Shown here one piece after another: positions 35,901-36,498 of a DNA stretch of 36,498 nt. The number at the start of each line of letters is the position of its first letter. Within the stretch, counting starts at the first letter, position 1. Below the pieces are notes generated by a model. It saw nothing but the letters and a program-made list of their open reading frames with translations. It searched no databases and was not told the origin of the DNA. Source of the DNA: an uncultured Methanosarcinales archaeon (GTDB taxonomy: Archaea; Nanobdellota; Nanobdellia; Woesearchaeales; CAZKBD01); assembly GCA_964550945.1 (NCBI GenBank), contig CAZKBD010000009.1, positions 1 to 36,498 of the forward strand, read 5' to 3'. A program made the translations under genes and the position numbers.

Positions 35901-36498
35901 GTGTAGGAAAGTAACTAACAACTTCTCCAGTTGTTGTTAACTTGTAGACTCTATTCAGGGAAGAGTTAGTACTAGACCATGTAGCCAACCACAAATATGT
36001 GCCATCCCAAACTAAACCAGTTGGAGCATACGGTCCGAAGAAATGGCTTATCTCTTGTCCTGAAGTAGTCATCTGATAGATTCTCCTAAGAACTGAAGCC
36101 TCCCACAAATATGTGCCATCCCACGTTATTCCTACAGGGCTTTCAGGGCCAGAAAATTGAGAAACTAAAGTCCCATTTGTATAAATTTTTGTGGTGTAAC
36201 CTGGAGCTGAACTACCACTTGCCAACCAAAGGTAGTCAGATGAACTAGTAGTAGTAATATTGCTTAATCTATAGGTTATTTTTGGGCTTTTGATTATCTT
36301 ATCTTTTATCAACTGAACTTTTGTATTAAACTCCTTCAAAGCTTCTGAATCATTAAATGTTTCTTCAGGAGAATCACTCTCACTGGATTTGCTCGTATAA
36401 TACGCTTGGCTAATTATTGGACTAACCTGCCCAAACCAGTCAAATTGATTATTTTGACTATCAATCACAGTAAATTTTATTGCATTATTAGAATCACC
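29908..36498 (-). CDS. 5'-partial giant secreted multidomain lipase/esterase-adhesin: WDGxYLW propeller, Cys-rich repeats, alpha/beta hydrolase, LYDDGxHxD domain, CARDB, Gly-rich domain, Ig/FN3 repeats with inserted C-type lectin, MopE-related motif, tandem GWNL...GYW tail
   Basis: Frame stays open to the window edge (GGT GAT TCT AAT... before the GTG at 36468). Motifs PVILVHG, VDIVAHSMGGLVSR, LGTPNHGS, DDGFV, NHEGL, WIGLND, GEPNN and WNDLPC. Spans a 10-N gap. Confidence 0.85.
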   Translation of the reverse strand, partial: GDSNNAIKFTVIDSQNNQFDWFGQVSPIISQAYYTSKSSESDSPEETFNDSEALKEFNTKVQLIKDKIIKSPKITYRLSNITTTSSSDYLWLASGSSAPGYTTKIYTNGTLVSQFSGPESPVGITWDGTYLWEASVLRRIYQMTTSGQEISHFFGPYAPTGLVWDGTYLWLATWSSTNSSLNRVYKLTTTGEVVSYFPTPGGDFSLGLTYADDYLWLADMDDNYIYKLTTSGSVVGGFAFSYPVGLAWDGQYFWISTPGDSIHKVTTSGSIVESFTSPVDFIWDMQWVSGGTPCVCTSGTCCDGCNYRSTTYKCQEDVTTDYECADGTNCGQDVYVRHQDKYCSGSSTGCDGALQWDTPVVYDDCTTTEKCANDDSSCNYDAVCACVCTSGTCCDGCNYRPTTYKCQEDVTTDYGCPWGTACSNDVGVQHQDKYCSGTSSGCDGALQWDAWALADDCTTTEKCADNDATCNYDFGCEVIACDSNSDCGTDGWVDSPWCSNNDLYQNYRTYICNNPGTPSSYCSNSDSAQLRSDCGDDYCDGWGGNSCRDNDVYHSRTCYDKGCSGSSCFNNPYTDEQKVQECGNSYCDGWGTNYCIGNSVYHNRTCYNLGCSGNSCFYNSYFNEGLVGNCQYGCGGGLCLGQCENGIKDSDELGIDCGGSCANQDCCNNNYQDNNLGETGVDCGGSCHYSCIVPVILVHGYNVVDPMSETWSVMKQRLENDGFTVEVMDLEVSNVPARGNISRYSEVLKNRIRYVKNQYNAKYVDIVAHSMGGLVSRGYTRRSDLYQDDVRKLVMLGTPNHGSELTNYFYLFAEAYKGVTGTNVAGKAFFQMKPGNDFLNSLNCDNPHRENCEDITTSGIYQYTIAGTNGGLGSWVLPGEDDGFVAVNSVKLDLIEQANFGSNHEGLHNDIQPYNEVRYILENNFESQTAPLQQKSFGIEPIPQQLASISGNLSQSQGKNHTVYLQNIDAVEFILGNFNGTLNFTLIDSNGTLIDPNNAAFFNITYEDGDYTQAYEIGNPLQGEWTLNVFGYNVTENVEYLIYTFVESSMSMDVSLSDYVLHSNQQLTITAELKNDTNPITNANIVVNIIKPDTSENLIYLYDDGTHNDLIANDGNYTNVYTETNINGEYDLTVTANGTNFEREKVSSFWVEEYPDLVVDNITFSDDTPYVGDNVTIEAVINNLLNVSAYNAAIEFYYNGQYEDILIGNATVDISGLGTETVSVVWAPDLDGDYTVIVIISPFNDFMEANYSNNIQSREIDVAGDNLIINGVNVTMHGVYHYKNVSITNGGILFVTPYNGTEGTGELEIYADNVFIDPISQINGDGAGYRGGTSPYGEFSEGPGGGRGGGCSCWGPETGWRCDGGGGGGYGGNGGDGGYFCSPXXXXEYGDQSTTILDMGSGGGAGFSNVGGNGGAKIRLLVTNTTIVNGNISVNGRDGDGESGGSGGGSGGGIFIHSVDCIQLGFISAIGGNGIYGGFYDQQDQGGGGGGGGGRIKIFCSYISNIDPSKIKINGGSGNSMGGYGQDGTIVTAILVPLVISPSHPIEEKYYSNRDIRLNWEINQGIMAHYYLLDQNESTIPTASTGSYTTSTNVTFTNIADGTWYFHIVSENELGEVGTSPSNYQINIDTSAPNVSSTSHSNQTQWYQNNDPSLEWGVLHPDSIAGHYYSFDKVENTVPTNLTGTYTTSNFTSFNDIDDGTWYFHIVSVDTLGNLGNIGHYRVNVDTTAPEPVTNINATSKKHGNILLGWEEPYDAASGVYYYEIYRSEISGQIGQRITQEEVCLNGWDSYSGSCYRLTEISRSWQEANDSCTSLGWYLVTINDEAENSWLASTYSGEDRWIGLNDIVQEGNFVWAYGESNYTNWVNGEPNNWGDEDCAEIYPFGANWNDLPCSASLQGICEKNKIQSQTNTTYTDLGGGLTDGQMYYYTVMPIDYANNTRVQDNVQVSAVSNNSIVCDDFETQLCALQEGVCEGSIETCANGEWLGCTNPDYGSDYENPEASCDGLDNDCDGTVDEACFQFNIDLTQGWNLISTPLSLVNGTLPAPLSSIEGNYNVVFAYDANDVGNEWKSFNPARPGFLNTLTEITPELGYWIDMTSDDSLELQGIVTSNTTFNLKQGWNLIGYPSRNETDAEILFNGIADDLEVVFMYESDDVGNEWKSYNPARPAFLNTLTTMKPGYGYWVKVYDDRSLTIS
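30217..30416. repeat. 200-bp exact repeat shared with 23652..23851
   Basis: Direct comparison; see the other copy. Confidence 0.95.
32338..32347. other. Assembly/scaffold gap (10 N) within the Gly-rich coding segment
   Basis: Run of n characters flanked by poly-C-rich sequence. Confidence 1.

Noticed and set aside
35989..36123. 21-bp direct repeat ccacaaatatgtgccatccca as a CRISPR repeat
   Set aside because: Two exact copies only, in frame, encoding WDGTYLW propeller blades; no cas genes.
1..36498. Provirus, transposon or alternative genetic code
   Set aside because: No integrase, transposase, terminal repeats or capsid-like genes seen. TAA, TAG and TGA all terminate genes normally.

Overview
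AT-rich archaeal DNA, standard code, most consistent with a DPANN archaeon (Woesearchaeota/Pacearchaeota-like). This rests on BRE-TATA promoters, GGGGG/GAGGTG ribosome-binding sites, a KKAQ|AAMEFLMTYGW class III pilin and very dense N-glycosylation sequons; the taxon is an inference. Apart from one MEMO1/AmrB gene, the window is a cluster of 12 secreted or surface-protein genes. Two unnamed modules recur. An N-terminal 'PxxF[YW]GxxTI' head domain occurs in 4 proteins, mostly ones with anchor-like C-termini. A C-terminal tandem 'GWNL...GYW' tail domain occurs in 6 proteins, none with a membrane anchor. Three giant tail-bearing proteins each carry a different hydrolase: a clan GH-A glycosidase, an HExxH zinc protease and an alpha/beta lipase/esterase. 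The lipase protein also has an animal-type EPN/WND C-type lectin inserted inside an FN3 domain. One protein carries both head and tail. The best hypothesis is an undescribed cellulosome-like, head-tail docking, multi-enzyme surface scaffold. The tail-coding DNA shows a 913-bp near-perfect repeat and mosaic identical tracts, suggesting gene conversion, although assembly collapse is not excluded. Two genes appear to start at ATT/ATC. No CRISPR, tRNA/rRNA, transposase or DGR was seen. There is a 10-N assembly gap at 32338-32347, and the last gene runs off the window. All domain calls are by eye, without database searches.
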